Below, piece after piece: positions 20,439-28,574 of a stretch of DNA of 64,000 bases (its first letter is position 1; each line of letters begins with the position of its first letter). The notes under the pieces were generated by a model. That model was given only the letters and a program-made list of their open reading frames with translations, had not been told where the DNA came from and did no database searches. The stretch is from an uncultured Eubacteriales bacterium (GTDB lineage Bacteria > Bacillota > Clostridia > Christensenellales > CAG-138): positions 15,385 through 79,384 of the forward strand of contig UQXE01000002.1 of the NCBI GenBank assembly GCA_900544965.1, read 5' to 3'. Position numbers and translations under genes: made by a program.

Positions 20439-20754
20439 ACGTGAAAGTTAAGATAGGAGAGGAAAAATAAGATGAATTTTGATTAAATTGTTAAAAAACA
20501 ATGCCTGCATCAAAAGCTAATTATAAAATAATAAAGTAGCAGATGCAGAACATGGCTAAAGTATCCTCTTGAACTAAAACAGCGCATACATCCAGTACAC
20601 GCTGTTTTAGTTGCAATAATGCGATTAGCCGCTAAGTTAGTTTGCTTTAATAATTTCTTATAAGTGTTAGTGAATGCCTTGGAAAGCTGGTCGCCATAGA
20701 ATTGATGCTGTGGCATGCTCTCCTTACATAAACTATTTGCACCCGAGACGAATA

Positions 20755-22179
20755 CTATTTCTTGTGACTTTTACTGAACAGCACAACACCTGCACCAGTC
20801 ACAGCTGTAAGGATTCCTATTGCGGCCAGGCTTACCGCACCGGCGGCAGGAATATCCGAGGGGTCTGGTTCGGGCGTTGGCGTTATCGACGGTTCGGGGC
20901 TGGGCGTTACCAGCGGCGCGGGTGTTGGAGTTGCCGGCGGTTCAGGGCTAGGCGTTACAAGCGGCGTGGGTGTTGGCGTTGCCGGTGGTTCAGGGGTAGG
21001 CGTTACTGGTGGCTCAATAATGCCAGGAGGTGCAATTTCCTCAAGTATAAGTACTTCCGTATCGAAATTATGGCGGTTGCCCTGACCAAGCTCACCTTCA
21101 AAATTCCAGCCGTATCCATAAAGCTCGTTACCGTTCTTTACAAGTAAGTTAAAGTCAGCGCCGGAAGCGATATAGTCTACACCACCAATAAAGTATGTCG
21201 GCTCTATCAGGTTCAAGAGCTCCGTATTTCCGGGCAGACACTGCCTGCGGTTATTTGCACCCCATACATATAGATCGCCGTTATTTTTAACTGCAATGGT
21301 ATGCACATTCCCGCATTGTACCTGCTTAACATCCGATAATACAATCGTGGGAGTAAGGACGGGGTTAGATTGAGTTTCTATACCAACTTGGTATGAAGAG
21401 TTTTGTCCGAACATATAGAGGTCTCCAGCTGTGGTAAGGACAGCGCTGTGCGCGTTTCCGCAGCTCATGGAATCGATCTCAATACCTTCCATAATTTGCA
21501 CGGGGGCATTGGAAATCTGGGTATCTCCTGTACCAAGCTGGCCATATGTGTTGTATCCCCATGACCATAGGGTGCCATCTGACTTCAATGCAATATTGTG
21601 GTAGGTGCCCGCGGCGACAGAAATAACATCTTCCATAATCTGCGTAGGCGTATTGAGGGTATACCATTCGCCGGTGCCAAGCTGACCATAGTCGTTTTTA
21701 CCCCACGACCAAAGCGTTCCATCCTTTTTTATGGCAAGCGTGTGTTGGAAGCCGCTGCTAACGGCGGCAACGCTTTCCATAACAAGGAAGGGGGTAGCCT
21801 TGTTCGCATAATCTCCTAAGCCAAGCTGACCGCTTGTGTTTTGTCCCCAGCCATAGAGTTCACCATCCTCGGTAATTGCCATGCTGTGGAATCCCCCAAG
21901 GCTTACCATTGCTATGCCGCCTTCAAATACACGTTCGGGAGAAAACGCATTATAGCTCGGATCCTCGTTGTCAACGCCAAGTTGGAAAGAGCCGTTGTTC
22001 CCCCAAATCCAAAGGGAACCATCTGGTTTAACTGCGGCAGCATGATATGCGCCGCCGCTGACGGTTTTAGCAAGATCTACGCCGGCATATTCCGTAGCGT
22101 AAGTCTTGCCAGCAAATACGCCGAAAATGCTGCAAAAACAAATCGCAAGCATCAGCATACTTGATAGCACTTTTTTCAT
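20755..22179 (-). CDS. secreted RCC1-repeat (beta-propeller) protein with Pro/Thr-rich stalk and C-terminal TM anchor
   Basis: 474 aa. Signal peptide (MKKVLSSMLMLAICFCSIFGVFAGKTYA). Seven repeats of G..H..A....G.L..WG.N..GQLG. Then a PEPPATPTP..PLVTPS tandem stalk, a hydrophobic segment (AAGAVSLAAIGILTAVTGAGVVLF) and a KSHKK tail. No LPXTG motif. Confidence 0.8.
   Translation of the reverse strand: MKKVLSSMLMLAICFCSIFGVFAGKTYATEYAGVDLAKTVSGGAYHAAAVKPDGSLWIWGNNGSFQLGVDNEDPSYNAFSPERVFEGGIAMVSLGGFHSMAITEDGELYGWGQNTSGQLGLGDYANKATPFLVMESVAAVSSGFQHTLAIKKDGTLWSWGKNDYGQLGTGEWYTLNTPTQIMEDVISVAAGTYHNIALKSDGTLWSWGYNTYGQLGTGDTQISNAPVQIMEGIEIDSMSCGNAHSAVLTTAGDLYMFGQNSSYQVGIETQSNPVLTPTIVLSDVKQVQCGNVHTIAVKNNGDLYVWGANNRRQCLPGNTELLNLIEPTYFIGGVDYIASGADFNLLVKNGNELYGYGWNFEGELGQGNRHNFDTEVLILEEIAPPGIIEPPVTPTPEPPATPTPTPLVTPSPEPPATPTPAPLVTPSPEPSITPTPEPDPSDIPAAGAVSLAAIGILTAVTGAGVVLFSKSHKK
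20867..21015. repeat. 48-nt tandem repeat (about 2.6 copies) encoding the Pro/Thr-rich stalk
   Basis: Units at 20891-20938 and 20939-20986 are near-identical. Partial units flank them. Each unit encodes 16 aa (PEPPATPTP(A/T)PLVTPS) on the minus strand. Confidence 0.85.
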
Positions 22180-22296
22180 GTTTTCGCTCCTCCTAATGGA
22201 TAGTTTACAGGTCGGTCATATTGACCATGTATTTCGACCAATATTGAAAGTGTTGATTTCTATATTGATCGTATGTTATTATACCTTTGTCGAGTC

Positions 22297-22325
22297 TTGA
22301 CTGTCAACGAAGAATTCGATATATA
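22297..22325 (+). promoter_or_regulatory. candidate sigma-A promoter of the ArsR-like gene with overlapping palindrome
   Basis: TTGACT, 17-nt spacer, TATATA. The -35 is part of the perfect palindrome TTGACtGTCAA (22297-22307). A second palindrome, GGTCATATTGACC, lies at 22214-22226. Confidence 0.35.
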
Positions 22326-22359
22326 TTATTATAACGAATAACAGCTATGGAGGTATACA

Positions 22360-23442
22360 ATGCAATCTGAAAATATAAATCCAATAATGGAAGCGCTTAC
22401 ATATTATAGATATAGGGCATGCGGTAAAAGTATATATGAAAGCCTAAACAGGTATATGGATATTTCTGAAGCGCTTAAAATTGAACTGAGACAAAGATTT
22501 AATCCCATAAAACAGCTTGAAAGTATACTTAACGAGCAGCTTAATATACCTCAAAGCATCATAAAGCAATATTTCAAACCAATGGACGAGGGAATGGGTG
22601 TTCGTGGCTTTTCGCTTGCAGATATCATCTATATGATCCCATCTCACAGTGTTTTTGTTGACTTCGATACTGCAGAAAAAGAGATACTTTCCTATACCAG
22701 CGACGAAAAGAGAGAGATAATTACAGCTTCTCTTGTCCGGAATAACAAGCTGTTTAGCGAGTCTGATTTAAGCTGCGATAATTTTCTAAAGGTTATTGAA
22801 AGGCAGCATATGAGCGACGAGGAAAAGTGGCGGTTGATACTACTCTATAATAACTTTGATTCCATCGCGGCAGAGGTTTCGTATATGCTTCGAACCGCGG
22901 TTGAGATAATCCAGAATAATAGTTCGATTTACGAAGGAATAATCGATGAATTCAACGCTTGCTACAGCAAAATCGAAGGAAACCTGGGCGCTTATTTTTC
23001 AGCACAATATGATGCTAACATACCCGTATATGATGATGGGTTACTGTTCCCGTGGCTTTTCGGGTATGGCGATATTCAAAGCGTTTATTCTGACGAATTA
23101 AATAAAACCTCTTTTACATTTCTGGGGGTGCTTGTTGATTTTATCGCTAAAAAGGTCAGAAAAAAGCTTATGCCCAACGATTGCGATAGTCTGCTCAAGG
23201 TATTGAGCGACCCCAATAGGGCCAATATATTAAAATATCTTTGTGACAAGAACGCATATGGGCTTGAACTTGCCGAATACCTTAAGCTGTCCCCAAATAC
23301 TGTTTCCCATCACATAAACAAGCTGCTGATAAATGGATTTATAACATCAGAGGCGGAGGGCAACCGTGTGTATTACCAGTCAAATAAGGACAATATTGAA
23401 AAATTCCTGAAAATGCTTTCAGCAATGTTTTTAGGGAGGTAA
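22360..23442 (+). CDS. ArsR-family winged-HTH regulator with about 270-aa N-terminal domain of unknown function
   Basis: 360 aa. The C-terminal about 90 aa carry the ArsR/SmtB pattern (LKVLSDPNRANILKYL....AYGLELAEYLKLSPNTVSHHINKLLINGFI......GNRVYY). I do not recognise the N-terminal part. The gene is AT-rich. Confidence 0.75.
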   Translation: MQSENINPIMEALTYYRYRACGKSIYESLNRYMDISEALKIELRQRFNPIKQLESILNEQLNIPQSIIKQYFKPMDEGMGVRGFSLADIIYMIPSHSVFVDFDTAEKEILSYTSDEKREIITASLVRNNKLFSESDLSCDNFLKVIERQHMSDEEKWRLILLYNNFDSIAAEVSYMLRTAVEIIQNNSSIYEGIIDEFNACYSKIEGNLGAYFSAQYDANIPVYDDGLLFPWLFGYGDIQSVYSDELNKTSFTFLGVLVDFIAKKVRKKLMPNDCDSLLKVLSDPNRANILKYLCDKNAYGLELAEYLKLSPNTVSHHINKLLINGFITSEAEGNRVYYQSNKDNIEKFLKMLSAMFLGR

Positions 23443-23460
23443 AGTCTGCGGCTATGAGTT

Positions 23461-23491
23461 AAAAAACCCCGCTTATTAAGCGGGAATTTTT
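23461..23491 (+). terminator. intrinsic terminator after the ArsR-like gene
   Basis: A-run, CCCGCTT-att-AAGCGGG stem, then AATTTTT. Confidence 0.7.
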
Positions 23492-23719
23492 GTATGTGTG
23501 TGACGGGTGCTGTAAAGTTATAAGCTGTTTAAAAAGTTCTGATTTGTGACGCCTTTCGCCTAGGCGTGGTAAGTGTGAGCGTAGGCCCATAGGTATATAT
23601 TCTAGCCGCTCCCTCAAAACACATGATATATTTTATATACTCACCCGGCTTAATACTACATTAATACGCACTTATTCCATCGAATTAATTTGAATACTAA
23701 AATAATATAAAGTTATTTG

Positions 23720-23748
23720 TTGACGAGTGACTAAAATTGTGATACAAT
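23720..23748 (+). promoter_or_regulatory. candidate sigma-A promoter of the cas operon
   Basis: TTGACG (23720-23725), 17-nt spacer, TACAAT (23743-23748) preceded by TGa (extended -10). Lies about 33 nt upstream of the cas3 ATG. Confidence 0.5.
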
Positions 23749-23780
23749 AAAACAACAAATATCAAGGAAAACTGAGATTT

Positions 23781-25982
23781 ATGTCCATTGAATCCGATAA
23801 GCTTTTAGCTCGTATAAGCGAAGACGAGACACGTAAACAAACAATAATAGATCATTTATTAGGGACTGCGGAATTGGCCGGAAGGTTTGCAAACGCATTT
23901 AACAACAGGGAATTGGGATATGCCTGCGGCCTGCTTCACGACATAGGCAAATATTCGCAAGGCTTTCAGAGGAGGTTAAGGGGCGGCCCTAAAGTCGACC
24001 ATGCAACCGCAGGTGCTAAGGAAGCTTCAAACTATGCTTCGGAAATGGGTTATGTCGCTTCATTTTGCGCCCAATATTGCATATCCGGCCACCACTCGGG
24101 ACTGCTGGACTTTGGCACTGCTAGCGACGTAGGAGGAACTCCAACGCTTAAGGGACGACTAAATAAGCGGCTGGACGATTATCAGGCGTACAAGCAGGAG
24201 ATAGAAATTCCAAAAATTCCGAAAATTCCATTAAAGCCTCTGGATAATGATATTCAGGGGTTCAGCGCGGCGTTTCTTATCCGCATGATCTTTTCGTGTC
24301 TGGTGGACGCCGACCGTCTCGACACAGAGCGATTTATGTCAAACGGAGCAGTTCAAAGGGGCGGCTACGACAGCATGCTTACCCTGTTTGAAAGATTAAA
24401 TAATAAAGTCAGGCCGTGGCTGGAGAACGGCGACCTAAATACTGTAAACGGAAGACGGACGGCGATATTAAAGGCCTGTCTGGACAAGGGGCGTTCCGCA
24501 CGGGGCCTTTTTACGCTGACAGTTCCAACCGGAGGCGGTAAAACCATATCATCCCTCGCGTTTGCGCTTCAGCACGCTGTTGAAAACGGGATGGAGCGCA
24601 TAATCTATGTAATTCCTTATACCAGCATTATCGAGCAGAACGCGGGTGTATTTAAAGACATACTAGGCGAAATAAACGTCTTAGAGGATCATTCAAATGT
24701 AACCTATAAAAAAGGAGGCGATGAGCTCGACCTGATGCAGCTTGCAGCCGAGAACTGGGACATGCCCGTAATCGTCACAACAAATGTACAGTTTTTCGAG
24801 TCTCTCTTTTCAAACGGCACATCCAAATGCCGCAAGATACATAATATTGCAAACAGCGTGATCATATTTGATGAAGCGCAGATGCTTCCTACCCAGTATT
24901 TAAAGCCATGCTTGCAGGCAATAGCCGAACTGGTTTATAATTACCGCAGTACTGCGGTAATATGCACGGCGACCCAGCCGGCCCTGGAGAAATTTTTTCC
25001 AGAGGCATTAGAGCTAGAGCCAGTTGAAATCTGTCCCGAGCCGGCAGGCCAGTATGAGTTTTTCCGCCGTACAAGTATAAAACATATTGGAGAAATTTCT
25101 GAAGAGGAGCTGATAGAGCGCCTTAAACAGCGGGATCAGGCGCTGTGTATTCTCAACAGCCGCAAACGGGTTCAGCGTGTCTACGACGCTCTAGGAGGCG
25201 AGGGTACATATCATCTTTCGACGTTTATGTATCCTGCCCACAGAAGCCGCATACTGGCTGAAATCAAAGCGCGGCTAAAGGATAAAAAGCCATGCAGGCT
25301 TATAGCGACCAGCTTGGTAGAAGCGGGGGTGGATCTTGACTTTAGAGCTGTGTTCAGGGAGTTGGCAGGGGTTGACTCCTTGATACAGGCGGCCGGGCGG
25401 TGCAACCGCGAGGGAGAAGAGGACAGATATGAGTGCGAAACCATTGTATTCAGCCTAACAAAGACAGAGGGCATAAACATTCCACGCAGCTTGGAGATGC
25501 CCATTGACGTAACAAAGCAGATAGTGGAAGCGCATGGAGACGTTATGTCCCTTGAGGCCATAAAAGACTATTTTGAAAGGCTATATAAGTACAAAGGTGA
25601 AAATGGGCTGGATTTAAAGGGTGTCTTAAATAATTTCAAAAAGGGATTGTTCATTCCGTTCGCATCAGTAGCGGATAAATTTAAATTAATCGAGGAGAAT
25701 ACCAAATCGGTATTCATTGAGCCTACTCCTATAGATGAAGACTCACAGAAAGCGGCCGATATAGCAAAGCGCCTGAGAAGCGGGGAGCATACCCGGTCGC
25801 TGACAAGGGACGCCGGACAATACAGCGTAAATATATATGAAAGCGATTTTGAAACACTCCGCGGCGCGGGCCTATTGGAGGAACCCCGTCTTGAAATATA
25901 TATATTGAGGGATAAGCGCCTGTACTCTAAAGATAAAGGGCTGATTTTAAATGTAAGCAGAGGTGATGCGTTGGTTTTCTAA
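23781..25982 (+). CDS. cas3: CRISPR-associated nuclease/helicase Cas3 (HD domain fused N-terminally)
   Basis: 733 aa. HD domain (H..G.......CGLLHDIGKYS, DH), helicase Walker A (VPTGGGKT), DEAQ box and SLVEAGVD. Confidence 0.92.
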   Translation: MSIESDKLLARISEDETRKQTIIDHLLGTAELAGRFANAFNNRELGYACGLLHDIGKYSQGFQRRLRGGPKVDHATAGAKEASNYASEMGYVASFCAQYCISGHHSGLLDFGTASDVGGTPTLKGRLNKRLDDYQAYKQEIEIPKIPKIPLKPLDNDIQGFSAAFLIRMIFSCLVDADRLDTERFMSNGAVQRGGYDSMLTLFERLNNKVRPWLENGDLNTVNGRRTAILKACLDKGRSARGLFTLTVPTGGGKTISSLAFALQHAVENGMERIIYVIPYTSIIEQNAGVFKDILGEINVLEDHSNVTYKKGGDELDLMQLAAENWDMPVIVTTNVQFFESLFSNGTSKCRKIHNIANSVIIFDEAQMLPTQYLKPCLQAIAELVYNYRSTAVICTATQPALEKFFPEALELEPVEICPEPAGQYEFFRRTSIKHIGEISEEELIERLKQRDQALCILNSRKRVQRVYDALGGEGTYHLSTFMYPAHRSRILAEIKARLKDKKPCRLIATSLVEAGVDLDFRAVFRELAGVDSLIQAAGRCNREGEEDRYECETIVFSLTKTEGINIPRSLEMPIDVTKQIVEAHGDVMSLEAIKDYFERLYKYKGENGLDLKGVLNNFKKGLFIPFASVADKFKLIEENTKSVFIEPTPIDEDSQKAADIAKRLRSGEHTRSLTRDAGQYSVNIYESDFETLRGAGLLEEPRLEIYILRDKRLYSKDKGLILNVSRGDALVF

Positions 25983-26034
25983 CGGCGCAAATAATCAATA
26001 AAATAACTTTCTTGGAATGGAAAGGAGGGAGCAG

Positions 26035-26694
26035 ATGGGTATAGGTGTTAGTATAAGGACATGGGGAGAACTGGCGCTGTTTTCGCGCCCTGAGATGAAG
26101 GTAGAGCGGTGTAGTTACGACGTTATAACGCCGTCGGCAGCCAGGGGTGTTCTCGAAGCCATCTACTGGCATCCCGGCATACGCTGGGTCATTGACAAAA
26201 TCTATGTGATGAAGCCGATTCAGTTTACCAGCATACGAAGAAACGAGGTTAAGGGTAAATTATCCGCTAGAAACGCTTTAAGCGCAATGAACGGCTCAAA
26301 GACGCAGCTTTACGTAAGCAGCAGGGAAAATATCGTCCAGCGGGCCTCAATATTGCTTAGCGATGTAGAATATGTGATCGACGCTCATTTCGAATTGACC
26401 GACAAAGCAAACGAATCCGACAACTCCGGCAAGTTTAAGGATATAATCATGAGGCGCCTAAGAAAGGGTCAGTGTTATCATACCCCGTATTTTGGCTGCA
26501 GGGAGTTTCCGGCAAGGTTTGAGCTGTTTGAGGGAGATGGGGTTGAAACCGCATATCAGGATACGGAAAAGGATCTGGGCTATATGCTTTATGACTTAGA
26601 TTACTCGGATCCGGAGAACATTCAGCCCATGTTCTTTCGCGCAGTGCTTAAAAACGGGGTTTTGGATTTGAGTAATTGCGAGGTGATACGATGA
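26035..26694 (+). CDS. cas5c: type I-C Cas5c (Cas5d) pre-crRNA endoribonuclease
   Basis: The N-terminus (IRTWGELALFSRPEMKVERCSYDVITPSAARGVLEAIYWHP) is the hallmark Cas5d block. The ATG at 26035 follows AAGGAGGGAG and is preferred to 26017. Confidence 0.9.
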   Translation: MGIGVSIRTWGELALFSRPEMKVERCSYDVITPSAARGVLEAIYWHPGIRWVIDKIYVMKPIQFTSIRRNEVKGKLSARNALSAMNGSKTQLYVSSRENIVQRASILLSDVEYVIDAHFELTDKANESDNSGKFKDIIMRRLRKGQCYHTPYFGCREFPARFELFEGDGVETAYQDTEKDLGYMLYDLDYSDPENIQPMFFRAVLKNGVLDLSNCEVIR

Positions 26695-28574
26695 TATTGC
26701 AGTCGTTGGTTCAATATTATGAAGCGCTTGAAAGCAAGGGGCGTATCACAAGGCCTGGCTGGTGCAGGGCTAAGGTTTCGTTTGCCCTGAGAATTTCTGA
26801 ATCCGGAGAGCTTTTGGACGTAATCAGGCTGACAAACGATGTTGAGATCCGGCAAAAGAAGGGCGGCATTAAGATCATAAAGGAACCCCAGCCGCTGATC
26901 GTTCCGGAAATGGTTACAACCCGCACCATAAAGGTAACCGCAAACTTTCTGTGCGATAATACCAGTTACATTTTGGGTGTAGACAATAAGGGAAAGCCTG
27001 CACGATCACGGGAATGTTTTAACTGTGCCAAGGAGAAGCATCTGGAGCTGTTGGATTCAGTGGACAGTGCAGCTGCAAAGGCGGTTAAAAATTATTTTCA
27101 AAACTGGAACCCTGAAACGGCTATGGACAATGCTGCGCTGAACGATTATCTGGATGAAATGATGTCTGGCGGCAATTTGATTTTTGATATAGCTAATTTC
27201 GGGTATGCTCATGAGGACAAGGCCATAAGGGAAGCGTGGGAACGCCATCTTGAACGCGCCGAGGCGGATGGCGAAGATGCGGGGACTTGCCTGATAACGG
27301 GCAGGCGTTCCAAGATAGCCAGAATACACGGAAACATAAGGGGCGTAAGGGGAGCTCAGTCCAGCGGCGCTTCGCTTGTGTCGTTCAACGACCCGTCCTT
27401 TGAATCATATGAAAAAAAGCAAAGCTTCAACGCCCCGATAAGTACCTACGCCGCTTATGCGTATACCACAGCCCTGAATCACCTGATATCAGACTCCCAG
27501 CACTCCACCGTAATAGGAGACGCCACGATTGTATACTGGTCTGAGGATGGAAATGAAGAATATCAGGACATCTTTTCTGCCGTGACAGAGCCTAAGGAGG
27601 ACAACTATGAGATAGTTGACGGCGTGTTCAAAAAACTGGAGGCGGGAAGGGCCGTTGACGTTGACAACGTTATTGGCCATATAACGTTGGATAAGCGGTT
27701 CTACATCTTAGCGATAGCGCCCAACGCGGCAAGGCTGGCTATTAGGTTTTTCTATCAGGACAGCTTTGAAAAAATATTAGGGCACCTTAAGGATCACTAC
27801 GACAGGATGGAGATAGCGAGACCCGAGTGGGAAACCAGCAAACGTAAATACATTGGCGCCTGGCGGATGCTTCAGGAGACTGTAAATAAAAAGTCAAAGG
27901 ATAAAAAGCCCGTTTCCAGCATGGCGTCATCGGTATTGCGCGCGATGATATCGGGGGGAAAATATCCGGAGACATTATATCTTAACACCCTGGGCAGGAT
28001 TTACGCGGAGCAGGACGACGAGGAATCCAAAATCTCTAAAATAACCAGCGGCAGGGCCGCGATCATCAAGGCCTATCTATTGAGAAATAAAAACTACGAT
28101 AAGGAGGAAATTCCTATGGGATTGAATGTAGCCTGTGATAACGTAGCCTATGTGCTGGGCAGGACGTTTTCGGTATTGGAGGCGATACAGGAGGATTCAA
28201 ATGATAATAGAAATGACAAAAAAAATGAAAAAAGAAAGAAATCTATAAATTCTACAATTAAGGATAGATACTTTAACGCCGCGTGCGCTACGCCGGCGTC
28301 CATCTTCCCAGTCCTGTTCAAATTAAAGAACAGCCATATAAGAAAGATTGATAGTCCAAATATGGTAATCCATTATGAAAAGCTGTTGACGGAGCTTCAG
28401 TCAAAGGTGCCGGCCGCGGAGCATCAGTGCGCCGCTTATCCCAAGCGGCTTTCGCTTGAGGAACAGGGCATGTTTGTCTTAGGCTATTATCATCAAAATG
28501 AGAAGCGCTACGAAAAGAGATCAAAGGATAGTGATAACAAATCAAATGAAAATAAAGGGCAGGAGGCTGAATAA
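26691..28574 (+). CDS. cas8c: type I-C large subunit Cas8c (Csd1)
   Basis: Starts MILQSLVQYYEAL, the typical Csd1 N-terminus. ATGA overlap with the cas5c stop. About 627 aa. Confidence 0.88.
   Translation: MILQSLVQYYEALESKGRITRPGWCRAKVSFALRISESGELLDVIRLTNDVEIRQKKGGIKIIKEPQPLIVPEMVTTRTIKVTANFLCDNTSYILGVDNKGKPARSRECFNCAKEKHLELLDSVDSAAAKAVKNYFQNWNPETAMDNAALNDYLDEMMSGGNLIFDIANFGYAHEDKAIREAWERHLERAEADGEDAGTCLITGRRSKIARIHGNIRGVRGAQSSGASLVSFNDPSFESYEKKQSFNAPISTYAAYAYTTALNHLISDSQHSTVIGDATIVYWSEDGNEEYQDIFSAVTEPKEDNYEIVDGVFKKLEAGRAVDVDNVIGHITLDKRFYILAIAPNAARLAIRFFYQDSFEKILGHLKDHYDRMEIARPEWETSKRKYIGAWRMLQETVNKKSKDKKPVSSMASSVLRAMISGGKYPETLYLNTLGRIYAEQDDEESKISKITSGRAAIIKAYLLRNKNYDKEEIPMGLNVACDNVAYVLGRTFSVLEAIQEDSNDNRNDKKNEKRKKSINSTIKDRYFNAACATPASIFPVLFKLKNSHIRKIDSPNMVIHYEKLLTELQSKVPAAEHQCAAYPKRLSLEEQGMFVLGYYHQNEKRYEKRSKDSDNKSNENKGQEAE
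28116..28574 (+). CDS. cas11c: candidate internally translated small subunit Cas11c (nested in-frame in the cas8c 3' end)
   Basis: A perfect AAGGAGG (28101-28107) lies 8 nt upstream of an in-frame ATG at 28116. Product would be about 152 aa (MGLNVACDNVAYVLGRTFSVLEAIQ...). Confidence 0.5.
   Translation: MGLNVACDNVAYVLGRTFSVLEAIQEDSNDNRNDKKNEKRKKSINSTIKDRYFNAACATPASIFPVLFKLKNSHIRKIDSPNMVIHYEKLLTELQSKVPAAEHQCAAYPKRLSLEEQGMFVLGYYHQNEKRYEKRSKDSDNKSNENKGQEAE

Noticed and set aside
20674-21147. 157-aa plus-strand ORF rich in Arg/Gly/Trp repeats (RRYRRFGAGRYQRRGCW...).
   Set aside because: It is the antisense reading of the Pro/Thr tandem repeat of the RCC1 gene. Its repetitiveness is a mirror of that repeat.
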